The notes under the pieces are model-generated. The model searched no databases and was not told where the DNA came from. It was given only the letters and a program-made list of their open reading frames with translations. A DNA stretch of 64,000 nucleotides, from the NCBI GenBank assembly GCA_937902905.1, contig CALELW010000112.1, positions 1,909 through 65,908 on the forward strand, given 5' to 3'. Source of the DNA: an uncultured Clostridium sp. GTDB lineage: Bacteria; Bacillota; Clostridia; Lachnospirales; Lachnospiraceae. Position numbers and translations under genes: made by a program. Below, piece after piece: positions 10,402 through 19,750 of the stretch (position 1 is its first letter; every line of letters starts with the position of its first letter).

Positions 10402-10617
10402 GTTTGAGGCAAGTGTTTGATGGTTGTTTTTTAGGGTCCATAAATTAATAAGAAAAGTTTGTGTTTCGTGGGCGCTCCCGCTAAACAAACGCGTAAGGGT
10501 ATCGGCATGCCAACCACGCATGCCAGATACCCACGTGTTTGTACCCACTCATCACAAATCTTTTCTTATTAATTTACTGGAATCCTAAAAGATTAGCGTC
10601 AAACACTTGGCGCAAAC
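10402..10617. repeat. ~216-bp imperfect palindrome (REP/REPIN- or MITE-like)
   Basis: Nested arms CAAGTGTTTGA/TCAAACACTTG, TAAATTAATAAGAAAAG/CTTTTCTTATTAATTTA, GGCATGC-caaccac-GCATGCC. Confidence 0.8.
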
Positions 10618-10702
10618 TTCCCACCAAAAATTAGTTAAACATTAGGACGTTTTGTTGGCATATTCCTCCTTTCTCTTTTACAGAAGCACAGTCGAACAAT
10701 AC

Positions 10703-10803
10703 AGTTAAAATAGAAAAAAAGAAATTCAATTGGTGAGAGACTATAATGTGAAACATTATCCTGTCTCGAGACAAATGAATTTCTTTTTTTCTATTTTATA
10801 ACT
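10703..10803. repeat. ~100-bp AT-rich hairpin directly downstream of fabZ
   Basis: TAAAATAGAAAAAAAGAAATTCA ... TGAATTTCTTTTTTTCTATTTTA perfect 23-bp arms. Confidence 0.8.
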
Positions 10804-10806
10804 ATA

Positions 10807-11241
10807 TTAATTCGACGCTGCGCACATAAAGCTGATTTCTGCTTCTGCTGCTAATTTACCATCTACTGTGGCAACTGCTTTGCCAATGCCCATTGGGCCT
10901 TTGCATTTAATAATTTCTGTCTCTAAACGCAGACGGTCGCCCGGAATTACCTGCTTTCTAAATTTGGCATTTTTGATTCCGCCAAAGAAGGCAAGTTTTC
11001 CTTTGTTTTCCGGAAGGCTTAATACAGCAATCGCACCAACCTGAGCCAGTGCCTCAATGATTAACACACCCGGCATTACCGGCTGCTGTGGAAAATGGCC
11101 CTGGAAAAATGGCTCGTTCATCGTTACATTTTTATATCCTACCGCTCTTACTCCCGGCTCCATCTCTTCGACGCAGTCAACCAAGAGGAACGGATAACGG
11201 TGTGGGATAATCTTTTGAATATCATTGATATCTAATAACAT
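10807..11241 (-). CDS. fabZ: 3-hydroxyacyl-ACP dehydratase
   Basis: [26 protein letters not shown]. Confidence 0.97.
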   Translation of the reverse strand: MLLDINDIQKIIPHRYPFLLVDCVEEMEPGVRAVGYKNVTMNEPFFQGHFPQQPVMPGVLIIEALAQVGAIAVLSLPENKGKLAFFGGIKNAKFRKQVIPGDRLRLETEIIKCKGPMGIGKAVATVDGKLAAEAEISFMCAASN

Positions 11242-11262
11242 TTCGTTCTTCCCTTCCGCTTT

Positions 11263-12498
11263 TTATTCTGCAAATGCCTTGAAAATCAATACAGCATTGT
11301 GTCCACCAAATCCAAGAGAGTTACTCAGTGCTACATCAACTTTTGTCTCAACGGCTTCTTTCGGACAATCCAAATCACATTCCGGATCCTGATTTACAAG
11401 ACCAATATTGGCATGTACATAGTTTTCCATAATAGATTTCACACAAGTAATTGCCTCAACACCACCGGCAGCACCAAGCAGATGTCCTACCATGGATTTT
11501 GTTGAATTAACTTTACACTGGTAAGCAGCATCTCCCATCGCAAGTTTAATTGCTTTGGTCTCGAATGCATCATTCATATGTGTGCTGGTTCCGTGTGCAT
11601 TGATATAATCAATATCTTCCGGTTTGATGCCCGCATCTTTAATTGCAAACTCAATTGCTTTTGCATCGCCGCTTCCGTCGTCAATCGGTGCTGTCAGATG
11701 ATGTGCATCACTCGTTGCACCATAACCAACAACTTCTGCGTAAATATGAGCACCACGTGCTTTGGCATGCTCTAATTCTTCAAGAACTAAAATACCGGCA
11801 CCTTCACCCATAACAAATCCACCACGGTCTACATCAAACGGAATCGAAGCTCTTTTCGGGTCATCTGTTGTATTCAACGCATTCAATCCGGTAAATCCGG
11901 CAACACCAAGCTCGGTAATCGCACCTTCTGAACCACCGGCAACCATAACATCTGCCTCACCATACTGAATGGAGCGGAATCCCTCACCGATACAGTGAGT
12001 ACCTGTTGCACAAGCTGTTACTACGTTGATATTTTTACCTTTTAATCCAAACTGAATTGAAATGTTTCCAGCTGCCATATTGGAAATGAGCATCGGAATC
12101 ATAAGTGGAGCTACACGGTTTGGTCCCTTTGTCAAAATTTTCTCATAGTTTCTCTGCACACACTGAAGACTTCCGGTTCCACAACCAACGCTGCATCCTA
12201 CCATAAATGGGTCTTCTTTTTCCATATCCAGTCCGCTGTCTTCGAGTGCTTCTTTTGCAGCTACAACCGCATACTGTGCAAAGTCTTCCATACGGCGGGC
12301 GGATTTTTTATCCATTGCAATCGTCGGATCAAAATCTTTAACCTCTGCAGCCAAATGTGCTTTGTAATCGGTTGTGTCAAACTTCGTAATTGGTCCGATT
12401 CCAACGGTTCCTTTTTTTACATTTTCCCAAAAATCTTTCACATTATTTCCGATTGGGGTTACTGCACCCATACCGGTAACTACAACTCGTCTACTCAT
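11263..12498 (-). CDS. fabF: 3-oxoacyl-ACP synthase II
   Basis: TACATG, NAHGTST, GHLLGAAG, SNSLGFGG. Confidence 0.96.
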   Translation of the reverse strand: MSRRVVVTGMGAVTPIGNNVKDFWENVKKGTVGIGPITKFDTTDYKAHLAAEVKDFDPTIAMDKKSARRMEDFAQYAVVAAKEALEDSGLDMEKEDPFMVGCSVGCGTGSLQCVQRNYEKILTKGPNRVAPLMIPMLISNMAAGNISIQFGLKGKNINVVTACATGTHCIGEGFRSIQYGEADVMVAGGSEGAITELGVAGFTGLNALNTTDDPKRASIPFDVDRGGFVMGEGAGILVLEELEHAKARGAHIYAEVVGYGATSDAHHLTAPIDDGSGDAKAIEFAIKDAGIKPEDIDYINAHGTSTHMNDAFETKAIKLAMGDAAYQCKVNSTKSMVGHLLGAAGGVEAITCVKSIMENYVHANIGLVNQDPECDLDCPKEAVETKVDVALSNSLGFGGHNAVLIFKAFAE

Positions 12499-12518
12499 TC
12501 TTTCCTCCATTCATTTTG

Positions 12519-13262
12519 TTACATCGCAATACCGCCATCGACACACAATACCTGTCCGGTAATGTATTTCGCACGGTCAGATGCTAAAAATACAACTGCT
12601 TCCGCTACGTCTTCTACCGTACCAAAGGCACCAAGCGGAATCGTTTTACATGCTTCTTCTTTTACCGCATCCGAAAGCTTGTCCGTCATCTCTGTCGCGA
12701 TAAATCCGGGTGCTACTGCATTTACTGTGATACCACGGGATGACAATTCCTTTGCTGTCGCTTTGGTAAGACCGATTACACCAGCCTTGGAAGCGGAATA
12801 ATTTGCCTGTCCCATATTACCGATAATACCGGATACGGAAGCCATATTAATAATGCGTCCCTGACGCTGTTTCATCATCGGACGTGTCACAAATTTAATG
12901 CCATTGAATACACCGGCAAGATTTGTCTGGATTACATCCTGAAATTCCTCTTCTGACATTTTCATAATCAGATTATCTCTTGTAATTCCGGCATTATTTA
13001 CTAAAATATCAATTCTTCCATATTCTTTTACTACGCCGCAAAAAAATTCTTTTGCCTGCTCAAAATCGCTGACATTGCACTGAATGGCTTTTGCTTTTCC
13101 GCCATCTTTTTCAATCTCAGAAACAACCTCGTCGGCGCGCTCTTTGGAACCATTGTAATTAACAATTACCGTTGCACCTTCGCGGGCAAGCGCTTTTGCA
13201 GTTGCTCTTCCGATTCCTCTGCTGGCACCGGTAACGACTGCTATTTTGTCCTGTAATAACAT
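12519..13262 (-). CDS. fabG: 3-oxoacyl-ACP reductase
   Basis: [21 protein letters not shown]. Confidence 0.96.
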   Translation of the reverse strand: MLLQDKIAVVTGASRGIGRATAKALAREGATVIVNYNGSKERADEVVSEIEKDGGKAKAIQCNVSDFEQAKEFFCGVVKEYGRIDILVNNAGITRDNLIMKMSEEEFQDVIQTNLAGVFNGIKFVTRPMMKQRQGRIINMASVSGIIGNMGQANYSASKAGVIGLTKATAKELSSRGITVNAVAPGFIATEMTDKLSDAVKEEACKTIPLGAFGTVEDVAEAVVFLASDRAKYITGQVLCVDGGIAM

Positions 13263-13284
13263 ACTGCCTCTCTTTCATAAAGCA

Positions 13285-14217
13285 CTATTTGAGTGCTTCT
13301 ACAACCTTGTCTATATCTTCCATTGTTGCCACATTATATGTAGTCAGTTCCTTGCCAATGGCTTTGGCTATTTTTTTATTAAATCCTGCCAATGTTCTTC
13401 CCGGTCCAATCTCGATAAAAGTATCAACACCGTTTTCTACCATTTTTTCCACTGACTGCTGCCAGCGTACCGAATGGCTGACCTGACTTACAAGACGAGG
13501 CAGAATGTCTGCCTGCTCTGTAATATAGGAAGCGTCTACATTTGCCACATAAGGAATCTGCGGTTTTTCAATCGTAAGTTCTTTTAATACGGCCTCTAAT
13601 TTTTCACCGGCTCCTGCAAGAAGGCTTGAGTGAAATGGTCCGCTTACATTTAAAAGAACGGCTCTTTTTGCTCCGGCTTCTTTTAATTTGTCTGCTGCCT
13701 GTTTTACCTGTTCAGTCTCTCCGGAAATTACAATCTGTCCCGGACAGTTATAGTTTGCGACCTGAACTTTGTCAAACTCTTCAATATTTTTATCAATCTC
13801 TGCGGCGTCCATACCAAGAATCGCTGCCATACCGCCTTCTCCGGCCGGCACTTCTTCCTGCATGAAAATACCACGTTTGCGAACTGCTTTTGCAGCATCT
13901 ACAAAATTCATAGAACCTGCTGCTACTAACGCACAGTATTCACCAAGGCTAAGTCCGGCTGCCACATCCGCCTTTACACCTCTGGTTTTCAATTCTTCCA
14001 TAATTGCCACACTAGTTGTAAGAAGACATACCTGCGTAAATTCTGTAATATTAATGTCATTGTTTTCTTCAAAGCAAAGTGCTTTCAAGTCCAAATCAAC
14101 TGCCTTAGATGCCTGTTCAAACACATCTTTTGCCACTGCCGAATTTTCATAAACATTTTGTCCCATTCCTACCACCTGTGCTCCCTGTCCGGGGAAGACA
14201 AATGCAATTTTACCCAT
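13285..14217 (-). CDS. fabD: Malonyl-CoA:ACP transacylase
   Basis: FPGQGAQ, GLSLGEY, SGPFHS. Confidence 0.96.
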   Translation of the reverse strand: MGKIAFVFPGQGAQVVGMGQNVYENSAVAKDVFEQASKAVDLDLKALCFEENNDINITEFTQVCLLTTSVAIMEELKTRGVKADVAAGLSLGEYCALVAAGSMNFVDAAKAVRKRGIFMQEEVPAGEGGMAAILGMDAAEIDKNIEEFDKVQVANYNCPGQIVISGETEQVKQAADKLKEAGAKRAVLLNVSGPFHSSLLAGAGEKLEAVLKELTIEKPQIPYVANVDASYITEQADILPRLVSQVSHSVRWQQSVEKMVENGVDTFIEIGPGRTLAGFNKKIAKAIGKELTTYNVATMEDIDKVVEALK

Positions 14218-14363
14218 AGTTCTATCCTAGCCTTTCTGTCGTCATTCTCTCATCATTGGTGCATATACATTGCACTCTAAAACATTGACACCAAGAGAAG
14301 CGGACTATGTCTAACTTTCTTGGTGTCAATCTTGACCTGTTTATCAGGTTATGTGCAATTGTT

Positions 14364-14594
14364 TTACTCTACACCTTTGCTCTTTAAGAAATTAATTACG
14401 TCGCCTACTGTGTTGATGCTTTCCAAATCATCCGTAGGAATCTCAACATCATACTCCTCTTCAAGAGCCATGATCAATTCATAGAGATCAAGAGAATCTG
14501 CTCCCAAATCATCTTTGAAAGAAGATGCTTCTGTGATGCTGTCTGCATCTACGCTCAACTGATCTGCGATAAGTTCCTGCATTTTTTCTAACAT
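14364..14594 (-). CDS. acpP: Acyl carrier protein
   Basis: DLGADSLD phosphopantetheine site. Confidence 0.96.
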   Translation of the reverse strand: MLEKMQELIADQLSVDADSITEASSFKDDLGADSLDLYELIMALEEEYDVEIPTDDLESINTVGDVINFLKSKGVE

Positions 14595-14663
14595 AATACG
14601 ATTTCTCCTTTTTACTTAAATTCTTTTTTTATTCGTTCAAAATTACACTTTGAATCACCATGT

Positions 14664-14692
14664 ATTGTAGCGTATCCACATACGTTTGTCAA
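14664..14692 (-). promoter_or_regulatory. sigma-A promoter of the fab operon, TTGACA-N17-TACAAT
   Basis: Direct sequence match. Confidence 0.7.
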
Positions 14693-14703
14693 GATTTTTC
14701 CAT

Positions 14704-15000
14704 TTATATAAACTGGAGTACAAAACAAACCACGGCTGCCAGAGTAAGCAGCACATAAAAAACGATTGCTTTCTTCCTCTCCGGATAGGCTTTCAGGGCA
14801 TTTAAAACAAACAGCACAATAACAATTCCAAGTTCTGTTTTTAACATCCAGCCCTTATTCATCCCCATGCTCGCATCGATAATGATAAAGATTAACAATA
14901 GGGCGGTCAGTATACTTTGTAAAATCATGAGCACTTTTTCTTTCTGTCTCATAAGTCCCCATGCGCCCGCCATATCCTGCGAAAATTTTCTATCTGCCAT
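14704..15000 (-). CDS. Hypothetical membrane protein
   Basis: Three hydrophobic segments; AAGGAG RBS. Confidence 0.65.
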   Translation of the reverse strand: MADRKFSQDMAGAWGLMRQKEKVLMILQSILTALLLIFIIIDASMGMNKGWMLKTELGIVIVLFVLNALKAYPERKKAIVFYVLLTLAAVVCFVLQFI

Positions 15001-15106
15001 TTATTTTCTCCTTTCCTATAGAAAATGCCTGCATCCACTTTATTTGTAAATGCAGGCAATTCCGTAGTATTATACAAAATAGTATAGTGTAAATTTTAAA
15101 AAAGGA

Positions 15107-15179
15107 AGCTTCGAAAGGGACTTGAACCCTCGACCCCTTCATTACGAGTGAAGTGCTCTACCGACTGAGCTATCGAAGC
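15107..15179 (-). tRNA. tRNA-Thr(CGT)
   Basis: GCTTCGATAGCTCAGTCGGTAGAGC...CTCGTAA loop...GGTTCAAGTCC; 73-nt cloverleaf. Confidence 0.95.
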
Positions 15180-15349
15180 ACACGGTGTATAACCGACAGA
15201 ATATATAATACACATTCCTAATTTTTTTGTCAAGTAATTCATTCATACTTTTGGTCATTTTTTCAAATAAACAGGGACACCACCGGCACATAAAAAGCAA
15301 GTCCTGCCCTCATGCACCGGTAGTGCTCTCCTAATCCTAATACCTTACA

Positions 15350-17392
15350 TTACTTTGTAAGCAGCATCATAATCTCATTGCTTCGATTAATAAACTCTGT
15401 CATCTTATCTGCCTGCAATGGCTGGTGGCTAATCATCGCTAAGTCATAAAGCTGTTTGCAGAACATATCGCTGTGCTCGCCGTCTTTGTTCGCCAGCAGA
15501 TACTGAACCAAATCGTTGTTTGCATTCAGAACAAGCGTCTGTCCGACATCCGGCAGTTCCATGCCTCCCATGCCATTTGCGGAATACATCTTCATCATAT
15601 CCTGCATTCTTCTTGCCTCTTCAGACAAGGTAATCATAGAAGAAACTTTATCATTTTTCAATTTCTCCACTTTAACCTCTAACTGGTCTTTTCCGGTTGC
15701 TTTGCGGAACAACTCTTTCAAAGTCTCGGTATCTTCTTTCAGTTTTTCCTCATCGCCTTCTTCTTTGAAAGCATCCGTCAAATCTGCATCAATTCTCTGG
15801 AATTTCACATCATCATCGCCGGCTTCCAATGCCGATACAAATGGCTGGTCAATATTATGAAGAAGAACAACCGCATTCATATCCTGCTCACGGAACATCT
15901 TCACATACTGGCTCTGCTGCTGCAAATCGGTGACATAATAAACAATCTTCTTTGGTGCCTCTGTCTCTTCTGAAGATTTCTCATCCTCTTTGCCTTCTTC
16001 GACCACTTCTACCTCTACTTCCGGCTCCGGAATTGTCTCCAAATATTCTTTTAATGTGCTGTATTTGTCATCCAAATCCTTGAACAAAACATAATCTTTA
16101 ATTTTCTCTTTAAATTTCTCGTCCTTTAAGCAGCCAAATTTGATAAATGGACTGATATCATCCCAGTATTTTTCGTAATTCTCGCGGTCTGTTTTGCACA
16201 TACCGGAAAGTTTATCTGCCACTTTTTTCGTAATATAATCCGAAATCTTCTTTACAAAACCATCATTCTGCAAAGCACTACGGCTTACATTCAATGGCAG
16301 ATCCGGACAGTCAATAACACCCTTTAACAACATCAAAAATTCCGGAATTACTTCCTTAATATTATCTGCAATAAATACTTGGTTGTTATATAACTTAATC
16401 ATGCCCTCAACATTCTCATACTCCAAGTTTACTTTCGGGAAGTACAAGATACCTTTTAAGTTAAACGGATAATCCATATTCAAATGAATCCAGAACAACG
16501 GCTCACGGTAATCGTTAAATACTTTGCGGTAAAATGTCTTGTATTCCTCTTCGGTACACTCATTTGGATGTTTTGCCCAAAGTGGGTGCGTATCACTAAT
16601 GGATACCGGGCGTTTCAAAATTTTGGCCTTTTTAACCGGCTCTTTTGCTTCTTCGCCCTCTTTTTTGTCATCCTCTTTTGGCTCTTCCACAATTTCCTCA
16701 ATAACCGTATCTTCCTCTGTCACTTCTTCACTCGGAATTGTCTCATACTCCGGCTCAGCATTTGCCTTTGTAAGGAAAATTTCAACCGGCATAAAGGAAC
16801 AATATTTATCAAGCACTTCACGAACACGGTATTCGTTGGCAAATTCGTAACTGTCCTCATTTAAATGCAGAATAATCTGGGTACCTACTGTATCTTTATC
16901 GGATGGTCCCATCTCGAACGTCAAACCGCCGTCAGACTCCCAATGGACCGCTTCGGAACCTTCTTTATAAGAAAGGGTATGAATCTCTGCTGAGTCCGCT
17001 ACCATAAATACAGAGTAAAAACCAAGACCAAAATGTCCGATAATCTGCTCCTCATTTGCTTTATCTTTGTATTTCTCCAAGAAATCAGCAGCACCGGAAA
17101 AAGCAATCTGATTGATATACTCTTTCACTTCATCTGCAGTCATACCAAGTCCATTATCGGTAAAGGTAATCGTTTTATCTTCCGGATTTACTTCCACGTC
17201 GATTTTTGCTTTATAATTATCCGGCAGGGAAGTCTCGCTCATAAGATCTAACTTCTTCAATTTGGTAATTGCATCACAAGCATTACTTACAACCTCACGG
17301 ATAAAAATATCATGGTCTGAATACAGCCATTTCTTAATAATCGGGAATATGTTTTCTGAATTAATCGCTAAATTTCCTTGTTCATTCGTCAT
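15350..17392 (-). CDS. htpG: Chaperone HtpG (Hsp90)
   Basis: LYSDHDIFIREVVSNACDA, DNGLGM, IGHFGLGFYS, DCPDLPLNVSR. Confidence 0.97.
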   Translation of the reverse strand: MTNEQGNLAINSENIFPIIKKWLYSDHDIFIREVVSNACDAITKLKKLDLMSETSLPDNYKAKIDVEVNPEDKTITFTDNGLGMTADEVKEYINQIAFSGAADFLEKYKDKANEEQIIGHFGLGFYSVFMVADSAEIHTLSYKEGSEAVHWESDGGLTFEMGPSDKDTVGTQIILHLNEDSYEFANEYRVREVLDKYCSFMPVEIFLTKANAEPEYETIPSEEVTEEDTVIEEIVEEPKEDDKKEGEEAKEPVKKAKILKRPVSISDTHPLWAKHPNECTEEEYKTFYRKVFNDYREPLFWIHLNMDYPFNLKGILYFPKVNLEYENVEGMIKLYNNQVFIADNIKEVIPEFLMLLKGVIDCPDLPLNVSRSALQNDGFVKKISDYITKKVADKLSGMCKTDRENYEKYWDDISPFIKFGCLKDEKFKEKIKDYVLFKDLDDKYSTLKEYLETIPEPEVEVEVVEEGKEDEKSSEETEAPKKIVYYVTDLQQQSQYVKMFREQDMNAVVLLHNIDQPFVSALEAGDDDVKFQRIDADLTDAFKEEGDEEKLKEDTETLKELFRKATGKDQLEVKVEKLKNDKVSSMITLSEEARRMQDMMKMYSANGMGGMELPDVGQTLVLNANNDLVQYLLANKDGEHSDMFCKQLYDLAMISHQPLQADKMTEFINRSNEIMMLLTK

Positions 17393-17435
17393 GTTATCAA
17401 CCTCCAATTAGTAATTCAATCTTGTTCTAACAGAT

Positions 17436-17464
17436 ATGATAACGCTGCCACAATCGAATGTCAA
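17436..17464 (-). promoter_or_regulatory. htpG sigma-A promoter TTGACA-N17-TATCAT
   Basis: Direct sequence match. Confidence 0.75.
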
Positions 17465-17471
17465 GAAAAAT

Positions 17472-17498
17472 TTAGCACTCATTCAAGTCGACTGCTAA
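17472..17498. promoter_or_regulatory. CIRCE element (HrcA operator) of htpG
   Basis: TTAGCACTC-ATTCAAGTC-GACTGCTAA, one mismatch to TTAGCACTC-N9-GAGTGCTAA, 7 bp upstream of the htpG -35. Confidence 0.88.
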
Positions 17499-17500
17499 CA
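17475..17500 (+). repeat. attL core GCACTCATTCAAGTCGACTGCTAACA
   Basis: Identical to 51524-51549; 141 bp from the integrase stop. Confidence 0.93.
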
Positions 17501-17592
17501 GGTCTTGTTTTCTTTCTTATATTCCCTCAAACCTACCATTTTACGTCGTTTCTTCACTCCCACTTTTTTGCCTGATTTCTCATAATTTCTCA

Positions 17593-17638
17593 TTTTACTT
17601 CATAATTTTCTATATTTTGAAGTAAAAAATGAAGTAAA
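17593..17638. promoter_or_regulatory. Putative integrase arm-type sites (TGAAGTAAA x2 direct, x1 inverted)
   Basis: Same 9-mer tandemly repeated inside the other phage end (51448-51467). Confidence 0.65.
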
Positions 17639-17641
17639 ATA

Positions 17642-18835
17642 TCAAACGATCAGGCGAATGTTTTCTGTTTTTTTCATTTCCTCCCTGCTTCTTTCCGGCG
17701 ATACATGGTTATACACTTCCATCGTCACATTGATGCTGTTATGACCCATGATATATTGTAATACTTTCACATCCATACCACTTTCTGCCATGCGCGTACA
17801 CGCTGTATGTCTCAATATGTGCGCGGATATTTTAGGGAGTCTTTCTTCACAGTCTTTTACTGTCTTGTTGTAGCTGTTCACGATATTATACAGCACATTA
17901 TTAACCGCCGAGGGCATGATAGGCGCACGTCTTTTTGTAGTAAAGCAAAAGCCACGATATCCGTCAATGATTTCTTTGCTTGTTGTACCGTGCATAATCT
18001 GACGTTGTTTTTGTATCAGTAATTCACGCCGCACTTCTTTTGTCATCGGTATCACCCTTGTGCCCGATTTCGTTTTCGGCGCCTCTGCATACAGTTTATA
18101 CTTTCCATCAACCTTTCTGTACACAAGCTGATGATTCACGTTTATCTCTTCCTTGTCAAAGTCTACATCTGACCAGGTGAGGCCTATCAGTTCACCGCAT
18201 CGCAAACCCGTTTTCAGTGCAGTCTTTATCATTGGTAAGTGTTTTGCGTATATTGTACTGCTACCTATATAATTAACAAATTCCCGTTCCTGAGACCTTG
18301 ATAACGCCACTCGTTCCCTTGCGTCATCCTTTCTAAATTCTTTTACACAGCCAGTGCAAGGATTTTTTCGTATCAAGTCATCTGCCAGCGCCAAATCAAA
18401 AGCAGGAACCAGTATTCCATTAAATGTACAAATCGTCGAGTACTTTAAGCCTCGCTCTGAAAAGTTTTTGTATAGCTTTAATATATCACTTTTTACAATT
18501 TTCCCGACTTGTTTATTTCCCAGCGGTGTGTTTTTGATATTGTTGTTCCACAAATTCGTATAGTTCTGACGCGTTGAATATCTTATATTTGCTTTCAATG
18601 ATAAATACCTGTCAAACAACTGATTTAATGTTATTGTTGCCCCATAGGTGTCAATGTGGTCTTCTAGGTCTCTTATTGCTTCTCGCTTTTTCTTGCGTAA
18701 GTCAGACAGATTCTTTGCGTATATGGATTTTCTTTCGCCCTGCAAATCTGTGTACTGGTATACATATCTGCCGTCTTTCCTTTGGCTTTCTCCTTTTTGG
18801 AGTACCCTTCCTTTGTTGTCTTTTCGTCTTACCAT
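17642..18835 (-). CDS. int: Tyrosine integrase with Tn916-like N-terminal arm-binding domain
   Basis: RRKDNKGRVL..GESQRKDGRY N-terminus; TGLRCGE, HILRHT, MGH, VYNH catalytic motifs. Confidence 0.95.
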   Translation of the reverse strand: MVRRKDNKGRVLQKGESQRKDGRYVYQYTDLQGERKSIYAKNLSDLRKKKREAIRDLEDHIDTYGATITLNQLFDRYLSLKANIRYSTRQNYTNLWNNNIKNTPLGNKQVGKIVKSDILKLYKNFSERGLKYSTICTFNGILVPAFDLALADDLIRKNPCTGCVKEFRKDDARERVALSRSQEREFVNYIGSSTIYAKHLPMIKTALKTGLRCGELIGLTWSDVDFDKEEINVNHQLVYRKVDGKYKLYAEAPKTKSGTRVIPMTKEVRRELLIQKQRQIMHGTTSKEIIDGYRGFCFTTKRRAPIMPSAVNNVLYNIVNSYNKTVKDCEERLPKISAHILRHTACTRMAESGMDVKVLQYIMGHNSINVTMEVYNHVSPERSREEMKKTENIRLIV

Positions 18836-18948
18836 TTTCGTTTCCTCTCCTTTCCAGTGGTAAAAGAAAAGAGCATTGCACTTTTATAATCTCACAAATA
18901 CAATGCTCTTTCAATACTTTTTGAAAGATTTTGAGAACTTATAGCAGA

Positions 18949-19155
18949 TTACAAAACTTCTAACTCTGCCAGATATTCTTCAAACTTCTTTCTTTTAATT
19001 AGCGTCACCGTTCCTTTCATCAGAACAAAGTTACAATCCGGGAGTTTTGCCAGCTCTCTAATCTTTGCCTCCCCTATGTTGCTGTAGGCTGCTGCCTCTT
19101 CGATTGATAGATTAACTTTCTTCCATACCGGTATTTTTTCTCTCATACTACTCAT
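18949..19155 (-). CDS. xis: Excisionase-like small DNA-binding protein
   Basis: IPVWKKVNLSIEEAAAYSNIG winged-helix pattern, directly upstream of int. Confidence 0.75.
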   Translation of the reverse strand: MSSMREKIPVWKKVNLSIEEAAAYSNIGEAKIRELAKLPDCNFVLMKGTVTLIKRKKFEEYLAELEVL

Positions 19156-19747
19156 ATCGTTCCCCTCCAAAAATCTTCAACTGCTCCAATTCTTTTAACT
19201 GTTCCATCAACTCTCCATCATCATCCCATACCCGCGGTGAAAGCCCGACCGTTGACGTGTTGTTTTTCCACATTATCATATGTCCGGATAAAAGCGTCTT
19301 GTATGGTCCAATAATATCAAGGTCATCCGATGTTTTTGCCTCTTCGTCAATCAAGGAGCATAGGCCTTCGTTTACCGGGATAAGTTTCTCGCCTGTTGAA
19401 AATAGCCTGCTTAAAACGCCAAACTTTTCTTCTACCAAAAGATTCGTTTTTTCCAAATATTTTTCCGGTTCTTGCAACGCAAGCGCGAACCACGTGGAAT
19501 CATCTATCAACTGCTGCCTTGTTCCATCGCTGTATATCCTAACACTCTCGTTTTTCGGCAAGTCACCAATTAACTCAACCAGCGCAGCCTTGGCGGAGTT
19601 AGTAAAGAATTTTGCTTCAACCATGACTGCCCAATAGCCGCCGACTATGTAATATATATTTGTGTTGTCCTCATGTCCGACTTGTAATGCATCTCTTTTG
19701 TATGCCTGTTTCAGTAAGCGCTTGAATACGGTTGTTTTAATGAACAT
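19148..19747 (-). CDS. Phage hypothetical protein
   Basis: 199-aa ORF translationally coupled in the early operon. Confidence 0.75.
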   Translation of the reverse strand: MFIKTTVFKRLLKQAYKRDALQVGHEDNTNIYYIVGGYWAVMVEAKFFTNSAKAALVELIGDLPKNESVRIYSDGTRQQLIDDSTWFALALQEPEKYLEKTNLLVEEKFGVLSRLFSTGEKLIPVNEGLCSLIDEEAKTSDDLDIIGPYKTLLSGHMIMWKNNTSTVGLSPRVWDDDGELMEQLKELEQLKIFGGERYE

Positions 19748-19750
19748 ATA

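Noticed and set aside
10309..10548. 79-aa ORF in the fabZ-carD intergenic region
   Set aside because: Overlaps the palindromic element and the carD promoter region; no RBS
14647..14663. FabT-like operator ACTTTGAATCACCATGT upstream of acpP
   Set aside because: Only one good half-site; not supportable without a profile
15107..15179. tRNA-Thr as the prophage integration site
   Set aside because: htpG lies between it and int, no duplicated tRNA 3' end was seen at the other boundary, and the 26-bp repeat explains both ends
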